NCBI GenBank assembly: GCA_964035545.1
Contig: OZ037771.1
Location: 7,101,190-7,165,189 of the forward strand
Direction: 5' to 3'
DNA length: 64,000 nt
Source: Bugula neritina
Lineage: Eukaryota; Animalia; Bryozoa
Part shown: one piece after another, positions 50,801 to 64,000 of the stretch
Layout: each line of letters begins with the position of its first letter
Numbering within the stretch: position 1 is the first letter of the stretch
Made by a program: the position numbers and the translations under genes
Notes under the pieces: generated by a model
Told to the model about the DNA's origin: nothing
Database searches by the model: none
What the model saw: the letters and a program-made list of their open reading frames with translations, nothing else

Positions 50801-53800
50801 AGTAGTAGAACTTACGAGTACAAAATATGGTTCCTTCTGGAGGTAACCAAGTTCCATCAGCTCTGCATAAGTGATGTTGGTATTCACTTGTGTGTTCATA
50901 CCCCTTCGTGCATTCAGGTGCACATATCCTACTGGTGACTGCTTTCTGTGACGTGCAACTAGCAAGTGTAAATGTGTGCCGGTGTGAGTTCCTGAGCTGC
51001 GGGCACCTGCTAGCTATAAATATTATATTTACAAATGGCAAAAGTAAAAGTTGTTTCATTTTACTACTCTGATAGCAATCTATTTCAATATTTGAAGAAA
51101 CAAATGCATTCAATAATTGACAAAAAAGAAAACAAAATAGATGCTACTATAAGTTATATGTATGCCAATGTGAATTCCTGAGCTGCGGGCATCTGCTAGC
51201 TATAAGTGAAAAGTGAAACTTTCGTCATTTTGCTAGTCTGATATCATGCAATCAAATTCAATATTTGAAGAAAACAAATGCATTCATTAATTGACAAAGA
51301 GAAAACAAAATAGATGCTACTATGAGTTATAAGCCAGAATGCTTTGCTAGAAGAGAAGACCATATATATAGTAAAACCTTTTAATTTGATTAAATAATAA
51401 TCGGGAAATTTAGAAATTATATTTTGTTTGCTAACATTTAACTGGCAGTAGTTTTGTAATAAGCACTATTATTCTATATTCTAACTTTTTGTACTGAACC
51501 ATTCAATCATTAAAACCCAAAATCAGTTTAACTGCTGAAATAGATCACTATTGCATTTGAAAAGTAGAAGTCTAAATGAACTAAAAACATCTATGCATTC
51601 ATAACTAATTCTGACAATTAAGTTCAACAATTCAATCATTTGACTTTGATTTTCAAGTCATACTGCTGCATACTTTCAGTCAGTTGAGTTTATAATCCGT
51701 GACTTGAAAATCGTAAATTAATAGCTTCTCTGTGATGTCTTATTTCATTTCCATTACCTTCACAGAATAGTTCTCTATTATCGGGTGCCCATCTCCCTTC
51801 AACACTGCAGACAAAGCGATTGAGAGGTAGACTCAATTTGTACAGGAAGTTACAAGAGACTTCACAGATTGCGCCAGGCACATGTGTATTGTTATGGCAG
51901 CTGAAGGAGGAGTTACCATTGTATATCATAGGCAGAGGTGGGCATACAACTGGAAAAATAGTTTATTATGATCAAAATATTATGCAATACTTTTTTTATC
52001 AATTTAAAATAGATTGCTAAAATATGAAAACAAAGATTTTGCTTATGTTTTGCAATATATTGTGAATTATGCATTTAATTTTAGGTGCTACTTTGCTAGA
52101 AAGTAATATAAAATAACCTGCTATATAATATGTTATTAATCCTGAGCATTCACATCTGTATATAAAAGCTAGCAAAGTAAAAGTAGCGTACCTTGACAGG
52201 TGACGCTGTTAGCAGGGGGAGTCCATATTCTATTCTCACCGCACCGGTAGCTTCTTACATCATTGCGAACTTCATAACCATCCGAGCATTTGACTGAGCA
52301 AGATGAATTATATTGACTAGGACTGGTTGTGCAGGCAGCTCTAGTGAAGCTTCCATGTTCTACGGTGTTTAGAGGCTCACAGAATGTAGCTAATTTGCAA
52401 AACCATAATTAATTTTAATAGCAATTCTAGACTCTTACATAATAATCAATTGTGAGACCATTGTCTATGCAGCTTGCAGCATTCTGTCTTAAATTTACTG
52501 CAACAGATTTTGCTTGAAAATTTGAGCTATTTTGTGGTACGTAAACAACAGTTTTGAGATTTTTTAAAGGCCTGTAAGATTGCAAAAATGTATGTAAATG
52601 TAAATTTAAAATCTAATATAAGACAAGAAGTTTATTACAGACATAAATTTAGCCTTACGATTGCAAGTTATGCTGCCATAGAAGGGTGTATAAGTTCCCC
52701 CTGAACCACACTGATAGAATGAGTTGGCTGGAGAGAGTTCATGACCTTTGTCACACAATACTTGACAGATATTCCCTTTTGCTTGCCATTGTGTAAGACA
52801 ATCCAGTGTAAAATTACCATTAGCTATTTTGTCCAATGGTGGACAAGTCTCTAAAACAATCCAAATTTTCTCTTAATCAAAAACATTATTGGAAAAAAAA
52901 TTCTGCTTATACTGATAAAACATGTAACAAAATAGTATTTAAAAATTTCTAGAGTTTTGAATTGATAAATTCTACATTTTGATTTTTTAATATTGCTGAT
53001 ATTTTAATAACACAATTTAAAAAGCTGTCATTTTAGTTTATAGTACTTTCAATAAAAGCTAAATCTAAGCACCCAAGCATTTACAAATTTAATAAATTTT
53101 AGCTGTAATCAGTCATTCCTGTATAAAATTATCTAACAGCTAGAAAAAAACTTTCATCAATTAAAAGTTGATAATTTTATTAAATAATAACATTAAACAA
53201 TTGTTTTGAATTATTTCAAATAGAAAATTACATTACAAATTTAGAATAAATTATTTGTTTTAAAAAACTAATTTTCTTTATAATTTAGCTTATAATTCTA
53301 TCTTTATAGTATACAGTGCGCTGTTAAACCTTCATAATGTTCTTTTCGTTTTATTTCAAAAATAATAAATCTGCAACTAAGAAACGAAAAGAGTAATAAA
53401 TGGCCAAAACAGTTTTTTAGATTTGAAGCATGTGTGTGAAACAACAACTTACTCTCACACGATATACTGTTGACTTTGGGACTCCATTGTTCATCTTCCT
53501 GACAATAATAGCTACCAACACCATTTAGTAAACCATAACCAGTGTCACAAGTAAAGCTGCACGTTTTCTCAAATGGATTAAGCTGAGTGTAACAGCTAAA
53601 ATCTGAAACCGTGGAATGTGCCACAGTATACAGTGGCTTACAGAAAACAGCTAAAAGAAAAACAAATATATTACATTAATATCATTTATTAGGTTTGACA
53701 GAATTGATTATTTTTCAGGTCTTGATAAGTTTTAAAATTTAAAACCAACAGTTTAGTCTGGTTAGTTACTAGATCTTTAAACTATATGAAACAGGCAATC

Positions 53801-56800
53801 AAATCATAAAATCTTTATGTAATATATAATTTATCATAAGTGATGATTTACATTACAAATTTTTGAAAATTAAATATTATTGTAAAAAAGAGTATAATTA
53901 CAGCAAAAATAGAAAAAAACATTCTATATAAGCTAAATGCAGCGATACAAACTAAAAAGCATAATAGAAGCCAAACTTGATGATAACTTAAATTGAATAT
54001 TCTTTTTAATTTTTAATCTAAATAAATTACTTTATTTTAAGCTATGTTCATTTTTTTTGCTGCGTATAAATTCCTTTTTTTATGATCAAACTCTACTAAT
54101 AATAATTATTAACCATGATTCCAACTGGCCTAGATGATAGGTTATATAAGGATTGCAATAGGTAATATTGATGAAGATTTTGTAAAGTGTAATTTCAATC
54201 CTAAAGCTAAGCGGTCTATAAAACAATTATTAGTTGAAACAATATATGTAAAATATTATGCATTTTTGTAGAAATATAGTAGCTCTGCTTACGTATGCAT
54301 GTTATGAAATTGATAGGAGGTGACCAGACTCCATTGCTCTCACATACTTGTGCTGGCTCTGGCCCTAGATGTTTGTGACCTCTGTCACATGACACATGGC
54401 AGATGTCTCCTTGATACTGCCAGTTGGTGTGACAGTCCACAGAGCTGTTACCATCTTGAAATGACCATAATGGTGGACATTGTTCTAAAATAGGACAATG
54501 TACCACAAATGCACTTATGCATAGGCATAAAAATATTGCTGTTTTTACAAGCAATCTTTTTAAGTTGTTGTACCTTACACCTTTTACCTAATATATAGAT
54601 GCATTATTTGAACTTTAGATCTATGAAGCCGCAGTGGTCTAGGGGCTAGAGCGTTTGCTTTGTGAACACGAAGTCATGGGTTCAAACCCCGGCAAAGGCC
54701 ATTGGTGATGTTAGAAAGAGCATCTAGTTATAATTGCTCCTGTGCCTCATTTAAATAAGTCCTTAGCCCATTCTAACAAAAAACTTTTTCCATCAGGGGT
54801 TTCTCACAGGGATAGGAACTCTGAACTTGTGTTATGTTAGTGAGTTTATTTGAACTCCAGATTTATATGGAATAATATGTTAAATTGGTCAGAATTATTT
54901 TTCCTTTGAAAAAAGCAACTTCTTTCTGCTGCACATACTTTAAAGACAAAATGTGTAGAAATTGTATTAATATATAGTTTTGCTAGTTAACTACACTACA
55001 ATTATTTAAATCTATAATTTAATTACAAGCAGAAGTATTTGCAATATAATTCGGCCTATAAATTTTAAGCACAATAGTTCGTGTTTTCTGACAAAAATAA
55101 TACACAGCTTAGATGGAAGCTGCTTTTATATTAAACAACTTTTCATTAAACAACCTTATGAAAAAAAACAACCAATGGTGAGCTCTGTTTTATATACTCA
55201 TAAGAGTCTATATACATGCTGCATGAGAGAATGGTAATCAAGTGCAACTGCTGATGAGCTAAAAACTCAAAAAACTTACGAAATACAATATAAAAGTACA
55301 TTTATGTATTAAGCTACAGTAACAAAGATTTCTTTACTTGAACATTTTAATTAGAAAGCTTCTTAGGTACTTTTCATTATCATGTATAACTACAACTGTG
55401 ATTATACGTACTCTTAAAAGTTGCATGCAGCTACATGCAATGTTTGAAGAATCCTTGAAACATTTTATTTAGGCAGCATATTTTAAATAACTATTATGGT
55501 TAATATATGCAGACTATTTGAAGTTTGTACAATATATATCTGCCTGCACTCTATCTGATAAGCACAAACTTACTTTGACAAGTTAGACTCCCTGGTCCAG
55601 GCAACCAATTTTCAGCCGGTCCACAGGTGTAGCGCCCTATTCTATCAGAAGGGCCATAGCCAGTGTCACATCTCAACTGACACACTGATTGGTACTCAAA
55701 CCTATCTGTTGTGCACTCACTGTTTTCAAATTGTCCATTTGCTGGATTAGTGAGTGGTGGGCAGTAGAGCGCTAAATTAGATATACATTAAACTGGTATT
55801 TAAATTTGAATCTAAGCAAAAACTGCATATGCATTTTACATATTATTAAAATGAGTAAATATAATGCTAAAACTCTAACCTAAATATTGAATTAAAAAAA
55901 GTGAATTAAAAAATGAAGAATTCTTTGCCTGAACATAGTAAAAAGAAAGGAAGCTTTTGGAGACCTTGTTTCTATTTACTTACATGTAATATGCAAGCAT
56001 ACAGCGTTATTATACTTTTTATAATTTGCAGCCACATGCAAACGTCAAAGAATTCCAGGCACACTTAATTCACACAGTGTTGAAGTTCATGATTATAATA
56101 TTATGTATGCTGACTTTGATTATCATCTAAAGGAGACTATTTGACGTTTGCAGTTAAATGATGTCGCATTACAGTGTCCTATGTTAATTTGAGGTTTATG
56201 ATATTTCTTGCTATTATACTGAAATATTAAAATTCAGCTAACTAGTTTAGTACTATGCATTAGCTCTATAATGCCAATATTTTAGTGACCAATTCAGTTG
56301 CATGGATTGCTGTATATAAATAGTTAGGTGGCTTTTTTAAAAAAGCAATAAATGTTATATATTGGGTTAGCTGTATACATAGTTAGCTTCTATTTTGAAA
56401 CAAACTGCAGTGTCTATTTGTTTAATCAAACCTTATAAATAAAAATTTGTGAAGGTTGTTACTTACGAGTGCATGTTATACTTCCTGCTGGAGGCTCCCA
56501 CACTCCATTATTATTACATATATACATTGACCTTGACCCAACTAGTTGACTGCCAAGAGAACACTGAACACCACAGATGGTTCCTTCACTTGACCACTCA
56601 TTATGACACTCTGGTCTGAAAGAGCCTCGGGCTATACCATTTAGTGGAGGGCATTGGGCTAGAACATAAAAGTTGGCTACTATTGGTGCAATTTGAAAAA
56701 ATGAGAGAAAATGGTTACTCTTATGTGTTTTTAGTTTATCAAAAGACTGCAGAATCAGTATTGAGCATTGTTTAAAAATTTTTGTAGACTATGCACATTT

Positions 56801-59800
56801 TATGCATTGAATGGACAAATTATTTTTATTCAAAAAGGAGATGCTGATAGATGAAACTAGTTGTGTTAGAAAATTATGAAATTTCCGCATGTTTTTTTGT
56901 TCAAAATTTATTCTAGTTATATCAATTATATATTTTCATTATTCATTATGATTGTTAATGTAGATATATCATCTTTTGGAACATTTGTGTGAACTGCAGA
57001 GAAACTTTATAATAATAATACATTGTTGATAATATATAACAACAGCAGCTAGTAGACACATCATAAATTAAAATAATGAGTCATCTGACCTAAATTAACT
57101 TACGCTTGCATCCGATTTGATCTGTTGAAGGTTGCCAACTCCTGCTAATGTCACATCTATAGCTTCTTGTATTTGTTTTTAGTTCAAACCCTTCATTGCA
57201 CATTGGAGAACATACAGTGCCGTATAGATTTGGAACAGTGTTGCAGCCTTGGGCATCAAATTTTCCATTTTGAATTGCAGGTAATGGAAGGCATTTCCTG
57301 TCTAAAATGATATTATAATTAGTTTGAGAGAAAAAAATTCTAGAGCTAGAAGTACTATATTCGGATCTGTAGTTATTACTTATAATTACAAATTAGCCAA
57401 TAAATAAGAGATGCATAATCAAAGAAATGAGTGTACAAAGTTTAAATAGAAAGTTACGAATTTGTATTCAGTGTGTTGAACAAGCAATACATAGCAATGC
57501 AAAAAAGTTGTTTCTATCAAAACTGAGGCAGATGGTAATGTTGAAGAACTGTTACCAAATTGACACCAAAAGATGCTCAGCTTAAAAAAGCATGTTTCCT
57601 AGGCTATAAAACAAAGTATTGTTTATATAACTAATATTTTGGGTTGTAAAGACATAAAGTTATAGTTTTTGTCTATATCTGAACTATATAATTATGAAGT
57701 TTTATAAAAACATGGTTTCAAAAATTGATAGGACTAGTGGTGGTTTACTAACATAAAGAACTACTATGCACAGTATCCAACTACAACGAATCACAAAGTA
57801 ATTAAAATATTAGCGTTTTTAAACAACTTTTTTTATCTTGATTATTTCATTTTTGTCAGATTTTTATAAAAAAATAATAAAAAGTATATTGTTACTTTTA
57901 GAGAAAATATCTCACTGGTTTCAAATAAATATTAAACTGTGTTTTAGCAAGCTTAGTATATGGCTATTAGCTAACAGCTTTTCTTGTCTATTAAAGTACA
58001 TTTCCTGTCAATAAAGTTGTTTTTGCAACTTTAAGCTGCCACAAGTTAGCTTTGAATTTTGTTAATTCATTAATAAATTCAAAACTAGATTATAATATAA
58101 TATTTTGAAATATGCAGTTTTGAATTCTAGGAGTAACGTAAATCTACATATTTGAATACTTTTATGTTGGTATATACCTTTAAAATGCACCTATAAGCGT
58201 TATAACAGCTTTTTAATAACTGAATGGAACTACTGCAAGAAAGGACTAACGAAGTTTAATTTTGTTTAATGTTTTCAATAAGATTATAGAAATCTTAAGT
58301 TTTCAGAACTTAGAAACTGACATTATACCTGTGCAAATTATAGTTCCTTTATCTGGAGACCAATTGCCATTATCACTGCAAGTGTAATGATCACTAGCCC
58401 CATGTAAAGCAAAGCCTCTATTACAGTTTACTTCACAAGTAGCTCCTTGAACTTGGGGAGATGTTTGACACTCTCTGGTAGTTCTGCCATTAGGTATATA
58501 CCCCAATTCAGGGCAGAGACCTACAAAAACATCCACATGAAATTACCACAAAATAAACTTTTTTTACTAAAATTATAATCAGTTTTGTCAACTCATGCAC
58601 AGCCAACCACTCACTCACTCACTCACTCACTCACTCACTCACTCACTCACTCACTCACTCACTCACTCACTCACTCACTCACTCACTCACTCACTCACTC
58701 ACTCACTCAACTCACTCACTCAACTCACTCACTCACTCAACTCACTCACTCCAGCAATCATTAACTCATGAGCATTCTCGCCAACTTCATTAGATAATTC
58801 CGGATTTTCTCACGATGACATGTCAAAGAACCCAAAGAAGGTGTCCAGGTTCCATCAGCTAAACATCTGTACTCTGATTTTGGGATCGATAATCTAGAGC
58901 CTTGTTGACAAGTTACCCCACAAACAGCATCTTTACTCTGCCAGAAGGTTTTGCAGTTATGAGTTGTGACGCCAAAGTCGACAGGACTCAAAGGTGGACA
59001 CTTGGCTGAATTAATAGTCAACAACAACTTCTAAGTTGCGATACAATTAATTAGTCAATAATGTATAGCAAACTTTTAAGCTATATGAATACGATTAAAT
59101 AATGCATTGCACACTAAAAATAGTAAATTTACAATCACTTTAATTGTAGATCAAAAACTTACACTAATAATGTATAATATTAGCAAAGGTTCCATTACAT
59201 TTTCACAAGTCAAACAATTTTGAAAACTCTGTATGATCAGGTTAACACCACAGCTCAGTTATATAGTGTGATGAAGACAAAAAACAAATATATGAAAATA
59301 TATTATTGTAATTTCAATTGAATATTTACAGAGTTAGGCACTTTTTACATGTACTTTACTTGTTCAACAAACATAATATGAGTGCTGTTTTATGCTACAT
59401 CTAGAATGTAGAATAATCTAGAAAAATTACAAGGCTGTAGCTGGCAAGTTGTGTAATGAAAACAAATTAGGTCATACTTGACTTACGCCTGCAAGTGATA
59501 TCTTCTGCAGAAGGAAACCATACTTTGTTTTGTAGACAAGTGTATCTAAAGTATGCTGTTGCATGCTCAAAGTTTTCATTACAACTTACACTGCACACTT
59601 GGCGAAAATCAACTACCCCAGTGGTGCAGCTTGCCGGTAGAATTTCTCCATTTGAAACCGGTGGTAAAGCTGCACACTTTTGATCTGAAAGTTTTTTTAT
59701 AAAATAGATTATATATATATAGTATATATATATATATATATATATATATCCCGGTAATAAATGTTTTTCATCTAAAACTGAAAATAATGTTGGTATATTA

Positions 59801-62668
59801 TTTGTAAACATAATCAGTAAAACTGCACTATGATGTTAATGTAATATGAAAATTTTATATCTCCAATTTACTTATATCTCAAGTTGTTTATTTTACCTAC
59901 GTTCACATTTGATTTGACCGACTGGAGGTGCCCAGTTACCATCCTCCGTGCAGGAGTAGCTAGTCACGTCTGAGTATATTTCATAACTATCTTGGCAGAC
60001 CACTTTGCATGCCGTTCCTGCAACTTGTGCACTTCGCTGACACTCTAAAGATTCACCATTTTGAATGGATGGCAGCTTAGCACAGCTCACTGAAACACAT
60101 GTTGTAAAATAATAAAATTAAAAAACGTATTTTGTAAAACTTTCCAAAATTTTGAATTTAATTATCTCAACATAGTTTTGCAAAATTAGGCCACATACTT
60201 TAAATTTAATTTATGTTTTTTAAATAAAAAAAAACATATAAAAAGCAAGCAATAAACAATAACGAAAGTTGCTATTCAGTCGTATCCAATATAATATAAT
60301 ATACCATTTGAGAAATTCAAAAATTTCCATGTAGAGTCAACATAAGATATATGGGCTCGGGTGTTCAAGTTATACTTGAATATAAAGTTTGATAATACCT
60401 ATACCTTCTATTGACATCTCAACCACTTTAAAAACCAAAATATTGCTTTAAAATTTTATCAAAAGCTGTACGTGAAACTCTTACCAGGCTCAGGTTCTTT
60501 CTCTAAAAATGTGTAAAGTAAGTAAAGCAATTTTGACAAACTGACAAGAAAAGTATAAGGTTACTAAATTCTAAAGCCAACTTGTTTAATTTAAACCACT
60601 ATAGGAAATTAAAATAGTTCTTCAAAAAGTTCTCTTTCACAATATTTCTTCTCAACTTTTTATGCCAAAAACCAAATTTTAGTACCAGTAAAAACAATAT
60701 ACTCAGCAAATGGAAAGCATATTATTAAAGTTTTAAAAGCTTAACAGGTTCAAAATATATGGAGTAGAAGCATCAATGATCAACACATTTTCTTCATAGC
60801 TGACAAAATAAAAATATTTTTATTCAAATAAACTCAAATTAAAAGACTCTTATTTTTAAGAATAAAGGTTTCTATCCCTGAACTACATACAACAATGTCC
60901 ACAAGTGATGAGTAAACTTTGCACTATAACTTTTAGCAAACATTTTTAGCTAATTATCACATATATATTATTATATTGAAGATATTGTCACATTGAATGC
61001 CTAAGAAAAGACAAGTAATTAGATAAATGCTTAGAAGAAGTAAAACGGACTGGTATTACATACCCATGCATGAAATTTCATTTAAAGCAGGTTTCCAGTT
61101 TCCTGTAGCATCACATTCAAATATTGACTGAGTTCCAATCAGTAGGTAACCAATATCACATGACACTCGACATATGCTACCGTATACTGGATCTGTCGTT
61201 TGACATAAAAGTGGCGTTTGTCCATTTGGTATTGTAGGTATTCGTGGGCACTTTATAGCTATACACAAATATACATATGCACTCTCTTATATAGGCGGTC
61301 AAGTAAATTTTGCACACAGAATTAAACACAATTAAAATATAAAAGTGCAGTTTGAATTGAAAGTTTTTAAATTGGTAATAGGTTAAGCTGTTATTTGCAA
61401 CTCTGCGAGCAAACGTTGTTTTAAATTTCTATATTTTAGTTGTTATAATTTTTTCCTTGTTTATCTTAAAAAAGTTGGGTTGTTGAAATCCTAAAGTCAA
61501 TCATTCTGTTTATTTTTATGCAATAATTATGTTTTTAAATCTAAATTGATCACAGACTTACACACTAATAAGCATATATTATTACGACAGAACAACTCAT
61601 TCATTCTGGTAAAGAGAAAGACATCTCGATATTTTTAGACACCAGATATTTCCGATTGAACTGTCACACTTTACATACCAACGTTGTGAAAATGTCTATA
61701 CAATAATTGTAGCATAAATATTTGCGGCAATTTCTTAGTAAAACAAAGTTCATGTGCTTAGCAATAAAAAGATTAGATAGTTGCTTCTTTTTCAAAATTA
61801 AAACTATTTATTTATAAGGTTTTTTTAAAATTAGCTTACAGTATAGCCTACTAAAATTGATTCGTACTCACGTTCACAGGAAATAGTGCGTCGGTTTGGT
61901 GTCCAATCTCCATCAGCACCACACTCATACATTGTTGTGGATGATCCAGTAGCATAACCAGCGTCACACACGAGTTCACATACTGTTCCAGCTATTTGGC
62001 CAAAACTCTCACAGCTACCTGAAAACTTTCCGTGTACTACCGAGCCAAGTGTGTCACATAGCGCTACAAAGATAATGTTATGAGACTTTTACCTGCTGGG
62101 CAAATTATTTCACTATATTTATATTAGCAATAGTTTCTATTACTCACGATTACAAACTGCATAATTTTTGTGACCAATTATTTAACCATGGTCTTTATGT
62201 TATATTATTAAACAAAAAGAGCACAATCAAATATTTTTTTGTATAAATAGATATTCATAGTTAGTTTTCTTTTATTAAAATCAATCAATATTCAATTACT
62301 TATATATATCATTTGAACTTATTATAAAAATTTCAAAGAATATATACAAGTAATTGCATACTGCTGAGCTGAATAAAATATCCACTTAAATTGATGCTTT
62401 TAAATTACATTGACACAACACAAATAATACAAGAGTACACAGTTGCATGTATGCAATGTCGTCGAAGCTTTTTTACCTTTGCAAGTGATTGATCCAAGGG
62501 TAGGGGACCAAACCCCACTTTCTAAGCACACATATTCTGAATGCGAGCCTGTCAATCTAGCATTTCTATAGCAATTTATCTGGCAGGCTGAATCCTTGTT
62601 TTGCCAAAAATAAGTGCAACTATCTGAGGTATATCCATAGCGAATAGATCCAATAGGCTGACACTCCC
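41867..62668 (-). CDS. Sushi/CCP-FN3 type I receptor, gene C: >=17 CCP + 4 FN3-like + membrane-proximal CCP + TM + ~125-aa tail (>1730 aa; 5' end probably beyond the window)
   Basis: CCP exons 62668-62477, 62063-61872, 61258-61064, 60089-59901, 59684-59487, 59005-58814, 58520-58329, 57301-57104, 56658-56467, 55771-55574, 54484-54293, 53650-53453, 52850-52659, 52389-52192, 51949-51758, 51013-50816, 50640-50437. FN3-like exons 49876-49583, 49003-48852+47983-47848, 46369-46178+45901-45764, 45450-45163. Proximal CCP 44126-43923, TM 43555-43453 (ILLLVVFGGGLGMIILITCMGYGIY), tail 42718-42527 and 42056-41867. All GT-AG and phase-consistent. Confidence 0.9.
43716..43810 (-). mobile_element. Partial SINE copy
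   Basis: agcaattatgattgaatgctcttcttaccatcaccaattgacctttg...gcaaatgctctaac matches the SINE family. Confidence 0.7.
46979..47321. mobile_element. MITE, PIF/Harbinger (Tourist-like), 343 bp, ~70-bp TIRs, TAA target-site duplication
   Basis: TAA|GCCTAGGGCCACACGGTGCGTATTTTCG...GTAGCAAAGGTGTCCACTGT ... ACAGTGGACACCTTTGCTAC...CGAAAATATGCACAGTGTGGCCCTAGGC|TAA. Confidence 0.88.
50983..51330. repeat. ~170-bp local tandem duplication of an intron end + splice acceptor + start of a CCP exon (gene C)
   Basis: 50983-51158 versus 51169-51330: tgtgagttcctgagctgcgggcacctgctagctata...caaaatagatgctactataagttata is repeated with substitutions and indels. Confidence 0.9.
54625..54820 (+). mobile_element. tRNA-derived SINE copy (well preserved)
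   Basis: gaagccgcagTGGTCTAGGGGctagagcg...GGTTCAAACCCcggcaaaggccattggtgatgttagaaagagc. Confidence 0.88.
58608..58751. repeat. (CACT)n microsatellite
   Basis: Directly visible. Confidence 0.96.
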
Positions 62669-63464
62669 CTTAAAAATTTAGCAAAGTCACTATCACACGT
62701 TTTCTGTATCAAATATAAGAATTTTAACAGAAAAATAAGTTGAAAGTAAAATAAAAAGTATATTAGTAAAAGCTGTTGTTCTACTACAACTCTGGTTTGC
62801 TGAACATGAATTAATTAAAAAGCTGACTGTTTATATATATTTTAATTGTCTGAAAGTGCTGATTATACGTGAAATAAATAAATGTATATACCAAGACGTT
62901 GTAGATCTTGTCCTTGAGTCACATAAACTAATTTTATAAATAAAGCAATTATTATAATAAAAAGTTCCATTGCAAGCTTTAGAGAATATGTATATTTGCT
63001 TTGACCTAAAGGTTCACCTATAAGCACAACAATTTAAGACAGATAAATGAAGTTATGCACAGAGAAAAAAGTTTGATTAATTGTTGGATAAATACTTGCT
63101 TCAAATTCTTTTACATAAAACAAATGCATTGTCTGATCATTTCACTACATCTATTATCTGAACATAAAACTTATATAAATTAAATGTTTTATTTTAGGCA
63201 TAGACTACAAAAATATTATATAGTTCACAAGTGCAATAAAATTGTCATACTAAATATAATATAATATCAACTATTTCTGTTGCGCTGTGTTCAAATACAA
63301 TTAGAATTAGAAAGGCCATGTTTTTTTATATCATTTTGCTTGTAGGGAACATGTCAATAGTTGTATCAACAAGAAGAAAAAAGTACCTATAATGTGGTCA
63401 TATTTTGTGCAAATGTTTCCTGTATTGTATTACACAATACTCACCTATTTGTTAGAAAATACTC

Positions 63465-63682
63465 ATGCAAGTTTATAGCCACCATCCCTGTGAGAAAACC
63501 TCTGATTAAAAGTTTTTTTGTTAAATAAACCTAAGAACTTATTTATGCAAAGGGAGCACAGGATCAGTTATGACTGAATAGCCTCTTTTAGATTACCAAT
63601 TAATGGCTTTTGTCATGGCTTAAATCCATGACCAGTCATGCTTACCAGGCAAACGCTTTAACCTCTAGATCACAGCTGCTCC
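63465..63682 (-). mobile_element. tRNA-derived SINE copy (degenerate)
   Basis: ccatccctgtgagaaaacc...gcacaggatcagttatgactgaa...ccatgac...ggcaaacgctttaacctctagatcacagctgctcc matches the other copies. Confidence 0.8.
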
Positions 63683-64000
63683 TAGCTATTGCATGTAAAT
63701 TTACTGCTTCTAACCAAACAGCAGTATGAATTGTACTGTACTACAGTATGCCACATTCTCAAACCATCAACTTATCATTAAAAAGTTTCCCTTTAACCTT
63801 TTGTTTGATATATTTAAAGTAATATATATTAAATAATTTGAAGTAGTAAAAAAACAAACAAATACACACCATTATGAGAACCAACTTTGATTTTTTCTAT
63901 TTTTTGTTTATGCATTTGCTGTTTGCATATAGCTAACTTTTAATTTTTACAATTAATTCAAAAATAGAAAGTTTTATTGTTTTCAGATGATAACTGTTAC

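Noticed and set aside
54625-54700. tRNA-like sequence with A and B boxes
   Set aside because: It continues into a shared non-tRNA body found in six diverged copies, so it is a SINE head rather than a tRNA gene.

Overview
AT-rich, intron-containing eukaryotic DNA (animal, probably an invertebrate; the species cannot be determined from sequence alone). Reading GT-AG splice sites by hand gives six multi-exon genes, and all six encode secreted or cell-surface proteins. (1) A secreted NHL-repeat beta-propeller protein (- strand, 5004 to 1918, 3' end unresolved). (2) A two-exon type I membrane protein with three Ig-like domains (-, 9960 to 7471). (3) Head-to-head with it, a small single-EGF/EB-module type I membrane protein (+, 10247-12161). 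(4-6) A ~48 kb cluster of three paralogous Sushi/CCP-array type I receptors with one domain per phase-1 exon: gene A (-, >=9 CCP + 4 FN3-like + CCP + TM + short tail), gene B (+, signal peptide + 6 CCP + TM + long tail, no FN3) and gene C (-, >=17 CCP + 4 FN3-like + CCP + TM + Tyr-containing tail, 5' end off-window). Mobile and repetitive DNA comprises a Rex1/Babar-type LINE fragment at the left edge, an intact Gypsy-type gag-protease ORF plus an LTR-like segment enclosed by an unusual 103-bp direct repeat, six tRNA-derived SINE copies, a Harbinger-type MITE, a fold-back element and long microsatellites. The best candidate for an undescribed system is the CCP/FN3 receptor cluster with its Ig and EGF neighbours, which looks like a recognition or immune locus. 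That function is inference only.
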